Shown here one piece after another: positions 1-12,936 of a DNA stretch of 64,000 bases. Made by a program: the position numbers and the translations under genes. The stretch covers positions 1 through 64,000 of IMG/VR virus record IMGVR_UViG_3300017998_000010; one strand, given 5' to 3'. Origin of the DNA: an uncultured virus (IMG/VR IMGVR_UViG_3300017998_000010) (lineage: Duplodnaviria > Heunggongvirae > Uroviricota > Caudoviricetes). The notes beneath the pieces are model-generated. The model was given only the letters and a program-made list of their open reading frames with translations, was not told the DNA's origin and did not search any database. Every line of letters starts with the position of its first letter. Position 1 is the first letter of the stretch.

Positions 1-472
1 AAAGTGAAGGGTACAACAGCAGGTGAACTTGGTGCTACGTGGGTGAAGCCATCATATGTTGTTGGTGAAGGGTATCCAAAAGGTATAGTGTGGATAGATA
101 AAAACGATAAGAATGATTCAACTATAATGATAGTCAATACAGGAGATAATGAATATCAATTACATGTTAGACACGTACTAAATAATGTGTACACAAAATG
201 GGAACATGTAACATCTTTCCATGATTATGAGTTAGAAGAGTTAGCAATATCCATATTAGAAGGTGCAGTTAAAGACGATATAATAATAAGTAAAGTGATG
301 AATAAGGAGTGGCAACGATGATTATATTATACTGTAAAGTTCCAAAAGAATGTAAATTTATGACCAATGGTGATATATGTAATTACTCCCATTCCTGTGA
401 ACGTCAAGCCACAGACTTTGAATTAAAATGGTACAAAGAACATTTATCTGAGAAAAAAACACCATAGGATGA

Positions 473-491
473 ACCGAAACCTTTTTAAGTA
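473..491 (+). promoter_or_regulatory. Archaeal BRE-TATA promoter (class A, ACCGAAA type)
   Basis: accgaaacctttttaagta, about 30 nt before ATG 521. Confidence 0.8.
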
Positions 492-720
492 TCTTCTATC
501 TTCTTTATAATGAACAAAAAATGAAGATAAATATACAGAAAGCACTTGGAATTATTACAATACTCATTGGTGTTGTTTTAGGAAGTATGTATATATTTAA
601 CACAGTACAAACAGGCTCTATGGAACTTGCTGGTATGGGCAAGTGGACGGGTGTTTTTGTCGTACAAGTTATGTCGTGTTTCTTCCTTGGTTATATGCAA
701 TATTCAATTGCAGATTTGTA

Positions 721-740
721 ACCGAAACCCTTTTAAATGA
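721..740 (+). promoter_or_regulatory. BRE-TATA promoter (class A)
   Basis: accgaaacccttttaaatga before ATG 763. Confidence 0.8.
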
Positions 741-762
741 TCATATATTTACATATTATAAA

Positions 763-903
763 ATGGCAAAGCGTAGGGTAAAATGTGAGTTTTGTGGTTT
801 TGTATGGGATACACAATCACCATTTGATAAATTTATGTGTCCCAACCCAGCTTGCTGTAAACAGACAAAGTTAATATTGGTAAAAGATGATAAAAATGTT
901 TAG
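763..903 (+). CDS. Small Zn-ribbon protein
   Basis: MAKRRVKCEFCG...CPNPAC; start moved to ATG 763, downstream of the promoter. Confidence 0.7.
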   Translation: MAKRRVKCEFCGFVWDTQSPFDKFMCPNPACCKQTKLILVKDDKNV

Positions 904-1225
904 ACCGACCAAGTATATTTGTATAAATTGCAAAAAAGAGTGGATGAACTACCTACCAAAAGAAACACCAAACGAATGTTTTTTTGGACACCAGCATACG
1001 TTTGTAAGAGAAAGGGATTTGATTAAACGTAGGGGTTTTAGTGAATATCGAACAGAGCAATTAATACCACATAAAGAAGATCAATCCAACGAACTTCGTG
1101 AAACCAAGGAAAAGTTACAGATTTGTGAACAAGAATTGAAAGAGGCAAATTCTGATCTTGATAAATGGGATGCCTTTGCAGATAGGGCAGAAAAGGTATT
1201 AAAATCTATTTAAGAACTTAAATAG

Positions 1226-1244
1226 ACCGAAAGGCTTTTAAGTA
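1226..1244 (+). promoter_or_regulatory. BRE-TATA promoter (class A)
   Basis: accgaaaggcttttaagta before ATG 1276. Confidence 0.8.
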
Positions 1245-2556
1245 CCTTTGTGTTTCTATAGTCTGATACTATAAAATGCCAAAACTAAACAAATACATCG
1301 AGTTTGTTCCAAACATTCAACCACACAATACAAAGATATGGTCTGTAATCAATATAAAATCAAGATATTTACTTGGATATATTCGATGGTATCCATTTTG
1401 GAGAGAATACTGTTTCTTTCCACAACCAAAAAGGGTGTTTAGTGCTAGTTGCCAACAAGAGATAGTCAATTTCATTCTGGAACATAAGGATGAACGTATT
1501 GAGGTTGAAAAAACACATGGCTGAACCTGATGGTAATGATTTTAACATTACAGTTGTTGCCTTCTTTATTGTTGTTGTGGTTATTCTTGGATCGATGTTT
1601 TATTTGTTTACTTATCTCCCCAGTACCCAACCATATCCTACAGGATACTTCCCTACATACCAACAAAAAATAAAAATAGGCGTTTCTTTACCATATCCAC
1701 ATAAAATTGGAATGTATGAAGATCGTGTTTATACAGGTTATTTTGATAACGACACAATAGTTATATGTCAATCTAGAACGAATTATTTTATCCACATTGG
1801 TGGGGATTTGTGTGTTCAAGACAACTCTGGAAATTACCTCTATCATTTCGTTTCCATTGAAAAACCATCGGGAAATCTGGTTATCGAGATGATTAGCACG
1901 GATTGATGTTGGTGAAAAAATGAGTAAAAACTATTGTAACTTTAGAGAAGAAGTATGTTCATATAAAGTAGGTAATGATGAAAAAGGCAAGAAGGTTAAG
2001 GAACTTGAGGATAAGTTGATAGAGGCTCAAGAAGTCCTTGTTAAGTTTCCTATAGAAACACAAACTAATACGATGACTTACTATAATTACTCAGATGTAA
2101 ATACATGGAAAAAGAAAATGAAGAAGGTTCTACAGGAGAAATAGAAATGATAAATTCCTTCCCATCTTATCCTGTTTGGATTGGCAAAGGCATTTACAAA
2201 GTTTTTAAAGTTGGGGTAACAGATTTCTATAATAAAGTCAAGGAAGTTTGTGAAGTTTTCTACTTTATGATTAGGGGTATTATAATCGGTTTCTACATCA
2301 TTAATTCAGCTTTATTTGGGCACGAAGATAAACGCATAAAACAACACGGCTGGACATTAAAGGGTATGAAACAAACAGCCCTCTTTTTCTGGTTAATTGT
2401 AGTTGGTTGGTCTGTAGTTTTATTCCAATCGTTTTATGGAATTATATTCTTCTTTGTCTTTGCAGTTGCTATTGGTTCTTATGCGGTTTATTCTGATCAG
2501 AAAGAAGAGTTTTATAAAAAATTATTGCCCTCAGATGGTAAAAGTTAGATACGAAA

Positions 2557-2573
2557 ACCGATAAACTTAAATA
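2557..2573 (+). promoter_or_regulatory. BRE-TATA promoter (class A)
   Basis: accgataaacttaaata before ATG 2605. Confidence 0.75.
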
Positions 2574-2604
2574 CCCGCCACGATGTAAGGTGTAGATGAT
2601 GTAA

Positions 2605-2958
2605 ATGACCAAGAAAGAGGAAATAGATAGTAGCCCACATCAAATGTGTTGTCCAAAGTGCAAGGGAATAGAATTCACACATTTCTTTCAAAATATTCCA
2701 ATTGTACCATTTATACCAAATATGGGTCTTGCTCATTTTATAGCGTATCAGTGGCAAGTCTGCACCAAGTGTGGTTGGAATACAGGAATCCCACCAGAGG
2801 TAAAAAACAAGAGAGACTTCAATAAGCTCATAGAGTGGGTTAGGGCAAAGCAACTTGAGGGGTTGCGGAGAATGACCTATGGATATAAGCCATCACAGGA
2901 AGATATTGATAACTCATTCCAGATGGTGGAGGATGATATTAAGGAGATATTAACATGA
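2605..2958 (+). CDS. Zn-ribbon hypothetical protein
   Basis: CPKC...CTKCG. Confidence 0.6.
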   Translation: MTKKEEIDSSPHQMCCPKCKGIEFTHFFQNIPIVPFIPNMGLAHFIAYQWQVCTKCGWNTGIPPEVKNKRDFNKLIEWVRAKQLEGLRRMTYGYKPSQEDIDNSFQMVEDDIKEILT

Positions 2959-3622
2959 AAAAGTCATATATAGATTTTGTTGCTTTTGTTGAATTCTCAG
3001 CAATGGGGATTCCTGTTGTGATAGTTGATGAGATCAAAAAACCAAAGGATTGGCAAATCTTAGTAGATGGTGGAAAAATCTATAGCCTCAGAGAAGAGGG
3101 AGAAATTTTGTCAATTCTAAAACGAAAGTCTTTGCTACCTGTAAATGAGGTTTATACCAGAGAAGAGAGAATTCACGATCCAAAGGAGAGTATGTAAAAA
3201 TGAGGATAGTTGCACCATTGCCCGGAGAAAATGCTGGTGACTTCTTACATAATCTTTACTTTAGAGCCATTGAGAAAAAAGAAACCATAATAACAAACTT
3301 CAACGGTGTAACAATAGTTTTCTGTCAGGATGAAAGGGGATTTGAACATCCATCTTTCCCGTCAAATATATATGCTGTGAAAGCACACTATCTAAGAGAA
3401 TTGGATAGAGATGATCCAACAGGATATAAGGTAATCGAAGATTATGAAAAACGATTCAAGAAGGACTTTGTAGACCTACATCGTAAGAACAAGGAACTGG
3501 AAGATCGCATTGAAAATGCAAGGGGCTGGTCTAAACTCCATTGCTCAAGAGATCAGAACCGCACTTTACAAAGATTATTGACAGATAAAGACAGTATTGA
3601 AAGAATCATTGAGGGTGTATAA

Positions 3623-3880
3623 ATGAGCAACATAGACTTAGATGAAAAGGTCGGTGAACATCTCTGTGATGCCTGTAAAATAAGAAAAGCCAAGCGAAGG
3701 CTTGTTTTCAGTTATAGGCACAATTTATATCTCTGTGATATATGTTTCGATGATATTAGGGACTTAATGCTCAACACGTTCTGGATAGGCTCAAAGAAAA
3801 CCAGAGAACAGTTGGAGAAAGAAAATCCTGTTGTTTTCGTTAGAGAGAAGAGGTTCGATAAAAGAGGGAATCCACTATGA
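3623..3880 (+). CDS. C4 Zn-finger protein
   Basis: LCDAC...LCDIC. Confidence 0.6.
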   Translation: MSNIDLDEKVGEHLCDACKIRKAKRRLVFSYRHNLYLCDICFDDIRDLMLNTFWIGSKKTREQLEKENPVVFVREKRFDKRGNPL

Positions 3881-4420
3881 TCCTACCAGAAACTTTATAT
3901 AGACCGTTCACAATCTAATATGGAGATGTTGTGGCATGGGTAGAAAGTTAGATATATTTACATTTATTATTCTATTGATTAGCTTCCCAGTTATCTTAAC
4001 AGCACTCTATAATCAAAACTGGACTACCGTTGCAATTAATGGTGGGATACTAATATTACTTACTATAACAATTTCAAGCCCAAAGGTGGAGAAAAAAGGT
4101 GAAAAAAATGGTAACATTGGAAGAACTTGAAAAGAAAATCTCTGAGGTTAGACACGAAGTATGGAAAGAAGAAGAATCATACCACCCAGACCCACAAGAT
4201 GGAACTTCTGCTTGGTTCATTGATGCTATGACTTTACTAGGATATATAGACTCAAAAGAAAGACAGATATTTGATAAGGGCTTCCCAGATCGATATGACC
4301 TTATAATTCAAAGACTGAAGTTCAAGATAGATTATATAAAAGAGAATGGGATGTTCTGCGGAAAAGATCACATAAAAATGCTTCAAAAAATATTAGATTT
4401 CACATTGGACGGGTGAAAAA

Positions 4421-4675
4421 ATGAGATGTAAAATCTGTAAGAAAGAGGTTGGAGAATTCTGGTCTGAGCTAGACACACATCTATGGGAAGATCACGAACA
4501 GGTTCAACTTAAACATCTGGAACAATTCTCCCTACCATCACAGAAAGAGAGATATGAATGTACAGCACCAATATTTGCACCTCACTGTTCTGAACCATAT
4601 TCAAAGGAAAAAGGGTGTCTCACAACCAAGCCATGTGGATACAAAAAGACTTTAGCGGAAATTGAAGGAATATAA
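4421..4675 (+). CDS. C2H2 Zn-finger protein
   Basis: CKIC...LDTHLWEDH. Confidence 0.6.
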   Translation: MRCKICKKEVGEFWSELDTHLWEDHEQVQLKHLEQFSLPSQKERYECTAPIFAPHCSEPYSKEKGCLTTKPCGYKKTLAEIEGI

Positions 4676-4911
4676 ATGTTTGATGATCTTATCTGTCCAA
4701 AATGTAAACATGATATGTCTTACATTTCTGATACACAAAAAAGTAAATTCCTAGAGTTTAAAAAAGATAGTTATCATAGCTATTATGATGGTTCTTTTTC
4801 TGGTCATAGATGGACAGAGATCATAACCTGTCGGAAATGTGGTAACAAATGGGAGGTTACTAACTCAGATATTTAAACCTATAAAAGATACAAATAATGG
4901 GTGACTAAAAA

Positions 4912-5505
4912 TTGCCAAAATGTGAATTATGCAAAGAAGATCACGGAAGAAGGAAAAAGAGACTTGTTAATCGAAGTATTAAGATGCTTTGTTGGGACTG
5001 TTGGTGGCAATTAGAAAATGGAAACCTAGTTGATACAACTTTGGAACTAGCCAAATATCGTAAATATTATTTTGATGCTGAAAAAAAGATAAATGAACTT
5101 AAAAAAACTCGACAATGGGAAATAATTAATCAACCAAAAAGGTATCCTTATTCTAATCCTTGGAGTGCAATACCACCAATTCATGTCTTGAAAAACGCAG
5201 TAAAGGCTCTTGATGATCAGGAAAAATATAAAGGCTTCCCCGAAGTTCTAGGTGATTATTATGGTATTGAAACACCGCCTTATAGTTTTGATGCTTCAAA
5301 AGTTCCAGAGGGTGCTATCGCTTGTTATTATCCCACTACTAATATAGTTTACACGAAAGAAAAAACAATAGACAAGCGGGTAGCCTTCCATGAGATGTAT
5401 CATGCTTTAGAGAGGCATGGCATCATCCCTATGAATTCAGATAGTGAGAAAAATGCTGAGTTCTATGCCTACGCCTGTTTAGCTCGTTTGGAGGGTAAAA
5501 TTTGA
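4912..5505 (+). CDS. N-terminal C4 Zn-finger plus HExxH zincin-like metallopeptidase domain
   Basis: CELC...CWDC; VAFHEMYHALE followed by SEKNAEFYA. Confidence 0.6.
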   Translation: MPKCELCKEDHGRRKKRLVNRSIKMLCWDCWWQLENGNLVDTTLELAKYRKYYFDAEKKINELKKTRQWEIINQPKRYPYSNPWSAIPPIHVLKNAVKALDDQEKYKGFPEVLGDYYGIETPPYSFDASKVPEGAIACYYPTTNIVYTKEKTIDKRVAFHEMYHALERHGIIPMNSDSEKNAEFYAYACLARLEGKI

Positions 5506-6882
5506 CTCTTATAATTGATATAAAGGGTATGTCTGAGGTGAAAAAATGAAAGATATAGATGGGGTTGAGGTTATCCAAGAAAAAAACGTCTTGTTTCCCA
5601 TGCGGTTTTCTTTAATGAAAAAACCAGATCATATTGAAGGAAGTTGTCAAAAATGTAATGAGAGACTTGGACAACTAATCTGGATGTGTCACTCAACACC
5701 CACACTTGAGTGGGAAACGGATTATGCCTTTGGAGAATTTATCCTATGTGAATCATGTGGTTCACAATTTGTTATAAAAGAAACGGAGAAAAAAGAAAAT
5801 GGTATTAACTAAAGAGGAAATGAATGAAAAACTCCTGTATGTTCAGGAAATCAACATCTATTATCCAGCCAAGTGGAATACAGCAAACCAGCTTCAAAAT
5901 GAGTTGATAGATGTTATTGAAAGATACTTTGAAGGTGTAAAGAATATAACCAGAATTGCCAACATCCAATATGGTGTAAGACCTGTGAAAAGAGAAAACG
6001 GAGAACTTATAAGAGAGGAACCAATGACCGAAGATGAATATACCATTTGGAAACATAATGTTCAATATCAAATACCACCAGAACACCCAGAAGCTAAGGA
6101 GAGCAATTAAAATGGTAAGTGGATTTTCATTATCACCCGGATATGTGTACACACACGAACAGGAAATGACATCGAAAGATATTCAAGAATTGGCTAAGTC
6201 TGTAACCAGTGATGAACTGTATAACAAATGCTTGGATTATGGGTTAGAAGAGAACCTATCCTGTGGATGCAAACTCAGCGAACTTGTTAATATGTACAAA
6301 AAACTTCCAACTGAGGATTTGACATGTATATTTACTGAACATGGTGTCTTGCAATCTGCATGTGCTGGTAATGGTTACGATCATCGTATGAATAGGGAAA
6401 AGATTTGCAGAGCATTTGGTGTGTTGGTGTTGGATAAAGCATATAAGAACAATAAGTCAGTATCGTTTGAAATAGGTTGATGTGAAATTAACATGAAAGT
6501 AACAATCATAATTGAAGATTTTAACAAGGAACTTGAAAAAGATACACTGGAATCTAGAATGGTAGATGTTAGATTAGAGTGTATCAAGAAAGAGTTTGAG
6601 AATAATGACATACCTGTAACCATAGATGATAAGAAGGACTTTATGGATAGAATGGGTAAGGAAGTAAGTGATGTCATAATTCGTCTTTTTGAGGTGTACG
6701 GAAAATAATGATAGAAGTCTTGTTTTGGTTTTTTGTTGTATTAGTGTTTATTTCTTCTTATTTTTTCATATATATGGAAGTATGGGAAAATGTTAGATTG
6801 GGGAAAGACCCAAGAAATTATGGTCTAGATTGTTGGTATGATGATAAATTGAGATGCAATCCAGCAAAATTACCTGAAAAAA

Positions 6883-6900
6883 ACCGCAACACTTAAATAT
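6883..6900 (+). promoter_or_regulatory. BRE-TATA promoter
   Basis: accgcaacacttaaatat before ATG 6945. Confidence 0.7.
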
Positions 6901-7183
6901 AACTTCTTACACCGTAGTAATTGCAGAAATGGTGACTGAAAAAAATGAAACTTTCAGATGATGTAAAAAGGATTGCTCATGCGTTTGTACTCAGTGTTTT
7001 GATTTCGGTTCCAGTTGGGATTGGAACTGGGCTAGGACCATTCTTCTTTCATTTAGCATATTATGAGAGCATAGATTGGTATGTTATGTTCTGGGGTCCG
7101 GGTATAGCTTCCTTTGGAATGGTGGTGTTGTACCTATTCTTCATAACTGGGAATGATAACAAAGACACCGAGAAGGTGTAATA

Positions 7184-7741
7184 ATGCTAGAAAGGCTCAA
7201 TAGAAACAGACTCAGTAACAGAGTACATTGGGGTAATGTTTTTGTTCTTCTCTTTTTTACCATTGTAATTATTGGTATAGGTGCAATTTCTTTCTCTCTC
7301 TTTACAAATGCACAACAAACAAACCAATCTCCAACTTTAAATCAACCTTCATCAGCAAACATCTTAATAACTTCTTGGAATGAAAATCAAACAAAGTCAA
7401 ATAATTATATACTTTCAGATATAAAGGTAACGGGTAGTAAAATCGTAAATGGCACAATTTCATCAGGAACAACAATCACCACCACAAGGATCGACTTTTT
7501 ATCCCATTTGAGTAATAAGACTGTTGTATATACTTCTCTAGCAGATAAAATCACATTGAAAACTACAGCAAACCCTTATGGTCAAGAAATCACATTGGCA
7601 AGACCATTAAAATGTAGTGCTATTGTGAATGGTGTCACTTATAGTATAAAAGTTGATATTTATCCACTGACGAAACTTAGAAACAAAGATTTAATATATA
7701 TTATTTGGATCAATGATTACTATTGGTGGGGTGGTGCATAA
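7184..7741 (+). CDS. Membrane-anchored exported protein
   Basis: N-terminal TM helix followed by an S/T/N-rich region with N-x-S/T sequons. Confidence 0.55.
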   Translation: MLERLNRNRLSNRVHWGNVFVLLFFTIVIIGIGAISFSLFTNAQQTNQSPTLNQPSSANILITSWNENQTKSNNYILSDIKVTGSKIVNGTISSGTTITTTRIDFLSHLSNKTVVYTSLADKITLKTTANPYGQEITLARPLKCSAIVNGVTYSIKVDIYPLTKLRNKDLIYIIWINDYYWWGGA

Positions 7742-7758
7742 CCACAACATTTAAATAC
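7741..7758 (+). promoter_or_regulatory. BRE-TATA promoter
   Basis: accacaacatttaaatac before ATG 7790. Confidence 0.75.
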
Positions 7759-7789
7759 CACATAGAATAACATATCGTGTTGATTTATC

Positions 7790-7939
7790 ATGGCTGAAAA
7801 GCTACCAAGTTGCTATGGTGAATATACAGAAACAACCAAATGTGATAAATGTCCCTTGGGTTCACTCTGCTTAGAGCAAAAAGAATGGGACGATGCCGAT
7901 TCTGAAGAGACAGGAGAGGAAATAGATGAGTGTCCTTAG
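7790..7939 (+). CDS. 49-aa Cys-rich acidic protein (not in ORF track)
   Basis: MAEKLPSCYGEY...CDKCPLGSLC...; directly follows a promoter. Confidence 0.6.
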   Translation: MAEKLPSCYGEYTETTKCDKCPLGSLCLEQKEWDDADSEETGEEIDECP

Positions 7940-8156
7940 AAGAAAGGTAAGAATTTCCTATGAGGAAGAGAGAATCCCAGAGGGGAATGTCAGATGCCCT
8001 AGTTGTAAGGGAACTGGTCGATATAGGTTCAGGTGGAGTGAGCCAAGTGGATTAAATGATCCATCTGTGAGTGATTATCGAAGATGTTTCCGATGTATGG
8101 GTATGGGCTATATTCCAATTAGTGAACTGAAAAAAGGGGAAAAATCGGAAGAATGA
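7926..8156 (+). CDS. DnaJ-type CxxCxGxG Zn-finger protein
   Basis: CPSCKGTG and CFRCMGMG. Confidence 0.65.
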   Translation: MSVLRRKVRISYEEERIPEGNVRCPSCKGTGRYRFRWSEPSGLNDPSVSDYRRCFRCMGMGYIPISELKKGEKSEE

Positions 8157-10205
8157 CCTACAAATCATCACCACTAGCACCAGTTCAGTTAAAACCAGAG
8201 ATAAAAGAAAGAATGGAAACCTTGAAAAAGGAACTTAGAGAATATTCAAAAAAGTACGATGAGGAACATAAGGATGTTAAATGCTGTTTCTGGGGATGTG
8301 GACTTTGGAGCGATTGTTCCACAAAATGTAATGGAACTGTGTATGATCATATAAAGACCTGTGGCTCTTGGTGGTATGGTTATATGTATGGCTGTGGTGA
8401 GAGGGATGGAACACTAGACGATAGGAGTTGAAGAAATGAACATAACAGGATGGGATTTTTCTAAAACCTTTATGGGTTTGTTTATAGAACATATAATCTT
8501 TTGGTTGTTAATGCCTAGTTGGTACAACAGCCAACTGTTTTCCACAGAAGTATTAACAAGAAGCCAATATTTGATAATGATACTTGGATTTGGACCAATA
8601 TTATTTGGCGGCTGGGCATTTTTCACTATATATATCGAAGTTCCATATTTTTTGATTAAAAAGAAAATTATGAAGGATCGTTATTTGAGTAAGATGGAGT
8701 TAAAAACATGAACAAAACGGATATTATTTTCTGGGGAAATATGCTTGTAATAGATTTCACGTTCTTTCTTACATTATTTTCACCAACTCTCAAGACGAAT
8801 GATACATTTATGAGTTTCTGTCTTATTTTGTTCGTTCCGTTGGTTTTTATTAGTACAGTAAAGTTCTTGTATAAGCCAATGGCAAGGGATATTGGTGAGA
8901 AATATAAAGTAAGACAAATTTTAAAATCTAACCTGTCAAATGATGAGAAGATAAAACTTATGGAGTTGGAGATGAAAAAGGATGGATGAATGTAAGCTAC
9001 TGAGAGGTTTACCAGCCAACAAACAAGGTTGGCGTTGGGTTTGGGGTCAAAAAGGTGGTAATATTCAAGGTGGAAACTGGTACTGCAAGGACTACAGTGT
9101 GCAATGTGAGATATGCAGAGAATGTGAAGTATGTAGAGAATCAAAACTAATAAAGAGAATTAGTGATCAATATGCGGCAGGAGAGGCAATGAATAAACTC
9201 TATGAAAGGGCTATAACTGCTGAAGATAAACTAAAGGAAATAGAGAATCTAATTTATAACCACAAACACCAATATGACCATATTGCACCAAAACATAGAA
9301 TACATGATATCGGTAAAACAGAGTATATCATCGACAAAGTTGAATTTATTGCAAGGGGTTGGTGAAAAAGGATGAAACTTGAGTATGAAGTTCTGTTGAA
9401 AATTAACACATACAAAGAGACAGGTCTTACGTTCCATGAGTTATGTGACATATTTTCCAAAAACACCAAACTAGAAGTTGCAAAGGCAGTTGGTGAGATG
9501 GAAATGATTGGTGCTACCAGAGGATTCTGGATAATGAATAAAGACAGAAGATGGGAAAGACGATATTTTGTAACGGGTGAGGGAACACCAGATTTTATCA
9601 AGACTCTGCTAGAGAATAAAGAATTTAGAGAATCAGTAATAGGCAAATCAGATACATATCAAGCCGATTTAGATGGTCTTTTCCACTTTGATGATGAGGA
9701 TCAAACGTTCTGTCAGTGTCCAGAGCTACGAGACTTGTACAAAAACCTCTTAGAAATACGTAAGGCATACGAGAAGAAACGACATGCAGAGGGTGTTGTT
9801 GCTGAAGATATGGCAATTAAAAAGTTACATGAGGTTATCTATGCCTATCCATTAAAGGAAACACATGTGATGGAAACAGAACCAAAGTTCATCGTTATGG
9901 GTGTTGGAAATGTACCCGACACAGACACGAACACAATCTACTATAAAAAGGATGGTGTTGTACAACCAGAGGTAACACTTAGGGAAGTATTAACATCATA
10001 TCATAATCATAAGAAACGGGTGAAGAAAGTTTGTTAAGAAACCTATTAGGTATAAAAAAGAAATTCACGGAAGAGGAACTTGAAAATAAGAGCCTTGTCA
10101 CACTCCTACGTGAAGGCATGGAAGATGCTGGATATGATGTCACAATCAATGTGTGTGGTAAGAAAGTTTATCCAAAACCATTAAAAGAACAGGTGAGTAA
10201 ATAAA

Positions 10206-10391
10206 ATGCCAATACCACCACATGTTTATAGAGATATGTTTGATGAAATAGAGGATGAAAAGCCTTGGACATGCCCTAAATGTCAACATGTAAATAAGGT
10301 AAATACTGATATGTGTGAAAAATGTAATAGCTTTAGACCTGTGAAAATCACACTGGCTGGTTGGCATGATTCAGAGGGGAGAGTATATTAA
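10206..10391 (+). CDS. RanBP2-type Zn-finger protein
   Basis: WTCPKCQHVNKVNTDMCEKC fits W-x-C-x2-C-x3-N-x6-C-x2-C. Confidence 0.7.
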   Translation: MPIPPHVYRDMFDEIEDEKPWTCPKCQHVNKVNTDMCEKCNSFRPVKITLAGWHDSEGRVY

Positions 10392-10784
10392 AATGGCTGA
10401 TCTTGAATCAATTTGTATGTTATCCGATAGTCCAATATTCTGGAAGAAACACCCAAATTACCGTGAACCGTTAGAAGTACTTGCAGATAATGAAATACTG
10501 GAACGTGTTGATTATATGGAAGTTTTAGATAAATCACACAAAACCAAATTAGTCAAGGAACCTGATATTTATGAGGCAAGTTATAGATATAAACTTGTGA
10601 AAGGCTATAAAGTTAAATATAATAATCATCTTTCATTTGTGAATGACCTATCGGCAGATAAACTAGAAATGGCTTTGAAAAAGGCAAATATAAACTACAA
10701 TCGTAAAGATGATTATCTTTCAATAGAAGAATCGTGGGACCAAATCGAATCCAGTAGTTATATGCACATACGAATAATAAAGTA

Positions 10785-10802
10785 ACCGAAACACTTATAA
10801 AC
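10785..10802 (+). promoter_or_regulatory. BRE-TATA promoter (class A)
   Basis: accgaaacacttataaac before the AEP-like gene. Confidence 0.8.
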
Positions 10803-10822
10803 AACATCGTCATATTGAGCCT

Positions 10823-11683
10823 GTGATAGCTATGCCTGTGGAATACGTTGAATCAGATGTTAAAGAATTCATAAAACGCCTTCCAGACTTAACAGTAAGT
10901 CCACCAACCGTACATCTTGCAATGCTCTGTGTCAGGTCAAAAAAGGTCAAGGAATTGCTTGGCTACAAACTTAGCGATCTTGTAGTTGAACGGGACATAA
11001 TTCGTGCTATAATGACCAACCCAGATACTGTTGGCGAACAGGATGAATTCAACTATGGAGAGATCAGAGCCACATGGCGTGACAGGTACTTCACAAAAAT
11101 TCACAACTTAGCGATTCTACAACATTACGGCTTCTATGATGTAAAGACAGAAAAGAAGTCAATTCCAAGGATGCCAAAAGAGGCTATGGGCATACTAGCT
11201 ACACTTAGCCCAAGAAGTGTATATCAGGCTGTTGCACAGCTTATGAAGGATAATGTCACTCATATGCTCTCACGTGACCAAAGTTCAGATATAGCCCTTG
11301 GAATGGAGAATTCCCGTTTCTTTGGTGATTTGCACAAGAACAAGGCTAAGGGAACACACTTCTGTACCGTTGATGTTGATACACTTGACCCAACTATCGC
11401 TAAGGATGTTATGGATCATACTTCCTCTTATAAAAAGTTCATGGTCACGGAAACGTCAGGTGGGTTTCATATCATTCTGGACTTATGCAAATCTGAGGAT
11501 GCCACAAATTGGCACGGACAGAATGGTGGTCAACAACAATTGGGACTCAAATATCCACCAATAATGGTCGATGGAAAACCCAAGGCTGTGATAGAATTTC
11601 AAACAGACTCGCAGGAGCCTATCGCCGGGAGCCTCTACTGTCGCAAGGGTGGTGAACATCACTTCGTTAGGATCGTGGAGTGA
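10823..11683 (+). CDS. Divergent archaeo-eukaryotic primase (AEP)/prim-pol-like protein (probable start ATG 10832)
   Basis: hhhDhD motif (CTVDVD) and TSGGFH motif at AEP-like spacing; C-terminal EPIAGS. Confidence 0.5.
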   Translation: MIAMPVEYVESDVKEFIKRLPDLTVSPPTVHLAMLCVRSKKVKELLGYKLSDLVVERDIIRAIMTNPDTVGEQDEFNYGEIRATWRDRYFTKIHNLAILQHYGFYDVKTEKKSIPRMPKEAMGILATLSPRSVYQAVAQLMKDNVTHMLSRDQSSDIALGMENSRFFGDLHKNKAKGTHFCTVDVDTLDPTIAKDVMDHTSSYKKFMVTETSGGFHIILDLCKSEDATNWHGQNGGQQQLGLKYPPIMVDGKPKAVIEFQTDSQEPIAGSLYCRKGGEHHFVRIVE

Positions 11684-12918
11684 TAACAATGTCTCAAGAT
11701 ATGTTAAAAAGAAATAGTGAAATATTAGCACTTGTGATTGAAATTCGTGAATTGAAACGTGAAGCTAAACTCATACCAGATTTAAAACACTTCCCAACTT
11801 TATTGTGGGCTATGGCTGTTGATATTACAACTATACATTCTGTACGTTGGGCAAGAGATGAAGTACCAAATTCTATGGTCTACAAACAATACCACTATAT
11901 AGCACCAAATACAACAATATCAATCAAACTTAGAGAAATACATGATAAAATGAATGAATTGTTTGACAATGTTCCAGATCGGTACACAGCACGACTTTTC
12001 GTGATGCAATATCTCACCGATCCAGATATTGATAGTGAAGTATTGTATGACAATTTATTCCACATTGAAGATGCAAGTTTTAGACTAATAAGTGGGCAGT
12101 GGTTGACATAAAATGGATTTAGAAACCGCTAAAAAATTACAATTCAACGACAAAATATTAATTAAGTATCCGAACACAACTATATTAGGTAGGTTCTTCG
12201 AATTGTCAAGAAATGGTTACATATATTATACAGCCCCTTGGACACCACCAAACCAGAAGGCACATAGGTCAATCGTAGAGCTACATTTTGATACAATGGC
12301 TAGATTGAAGAGAGAAGAGGGTGAAGTTGATTGACAACCGGATGTTCTTATTTTATCGTCTTTTTATTGTGGGGGATGCTTGGGACAGTTTTCATTGGTT
12401 GGACATGGTTATATTGCTATCAATCATTTAGAGATTATTTAAAAGATAAAAATAAAGAACATAGATTGTTTGAACTTTTGATATGTTTGGCGTGGTATGG
12501 TACAGGTTGCTTATTTTTATTTTGCTTGGGAAGTATGATGTTTATTGGGATGTATCGGTAAAGAGGTGAGAAAATAAATGGGTGAAAAAGGAGAACCTAA
12601 AGAGATAACACCAGAGAGTATAGAAGAGAGAAAGTCTGGTGTTTCAAAGAAAGAGAGACAAGTGTTAAGCAGAAATGCTAAACCAAAGCCACATACCAAG
12701 AAAGAAATGAAAGAAAGGCGTATGAAAAAAAGACTCAAGGAAGAGGAACAACAAAGATGAGTGTAATAGCATATGTTTTATTTGGAAAAATAAGAAAAAA
12801 GCCATGTAATATTGCTTACAGTGATTTGTGTGGTATGTATTGTGCCACAGCAGATCATAAGCAACACAAATGTTATTATGGAAAAGTACATCATGTAAAA
12901 TGTTTGAGGAATCGTTGA

Positions 12919-12936
12919 ACCAAAAAATTTAAATAC
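12919..12936 (+). promoter_or_regulatory. BRE-TATA promoter
   Basis: accaaaaaatttaaatac before ATG 12970. Confidence 0.7.
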
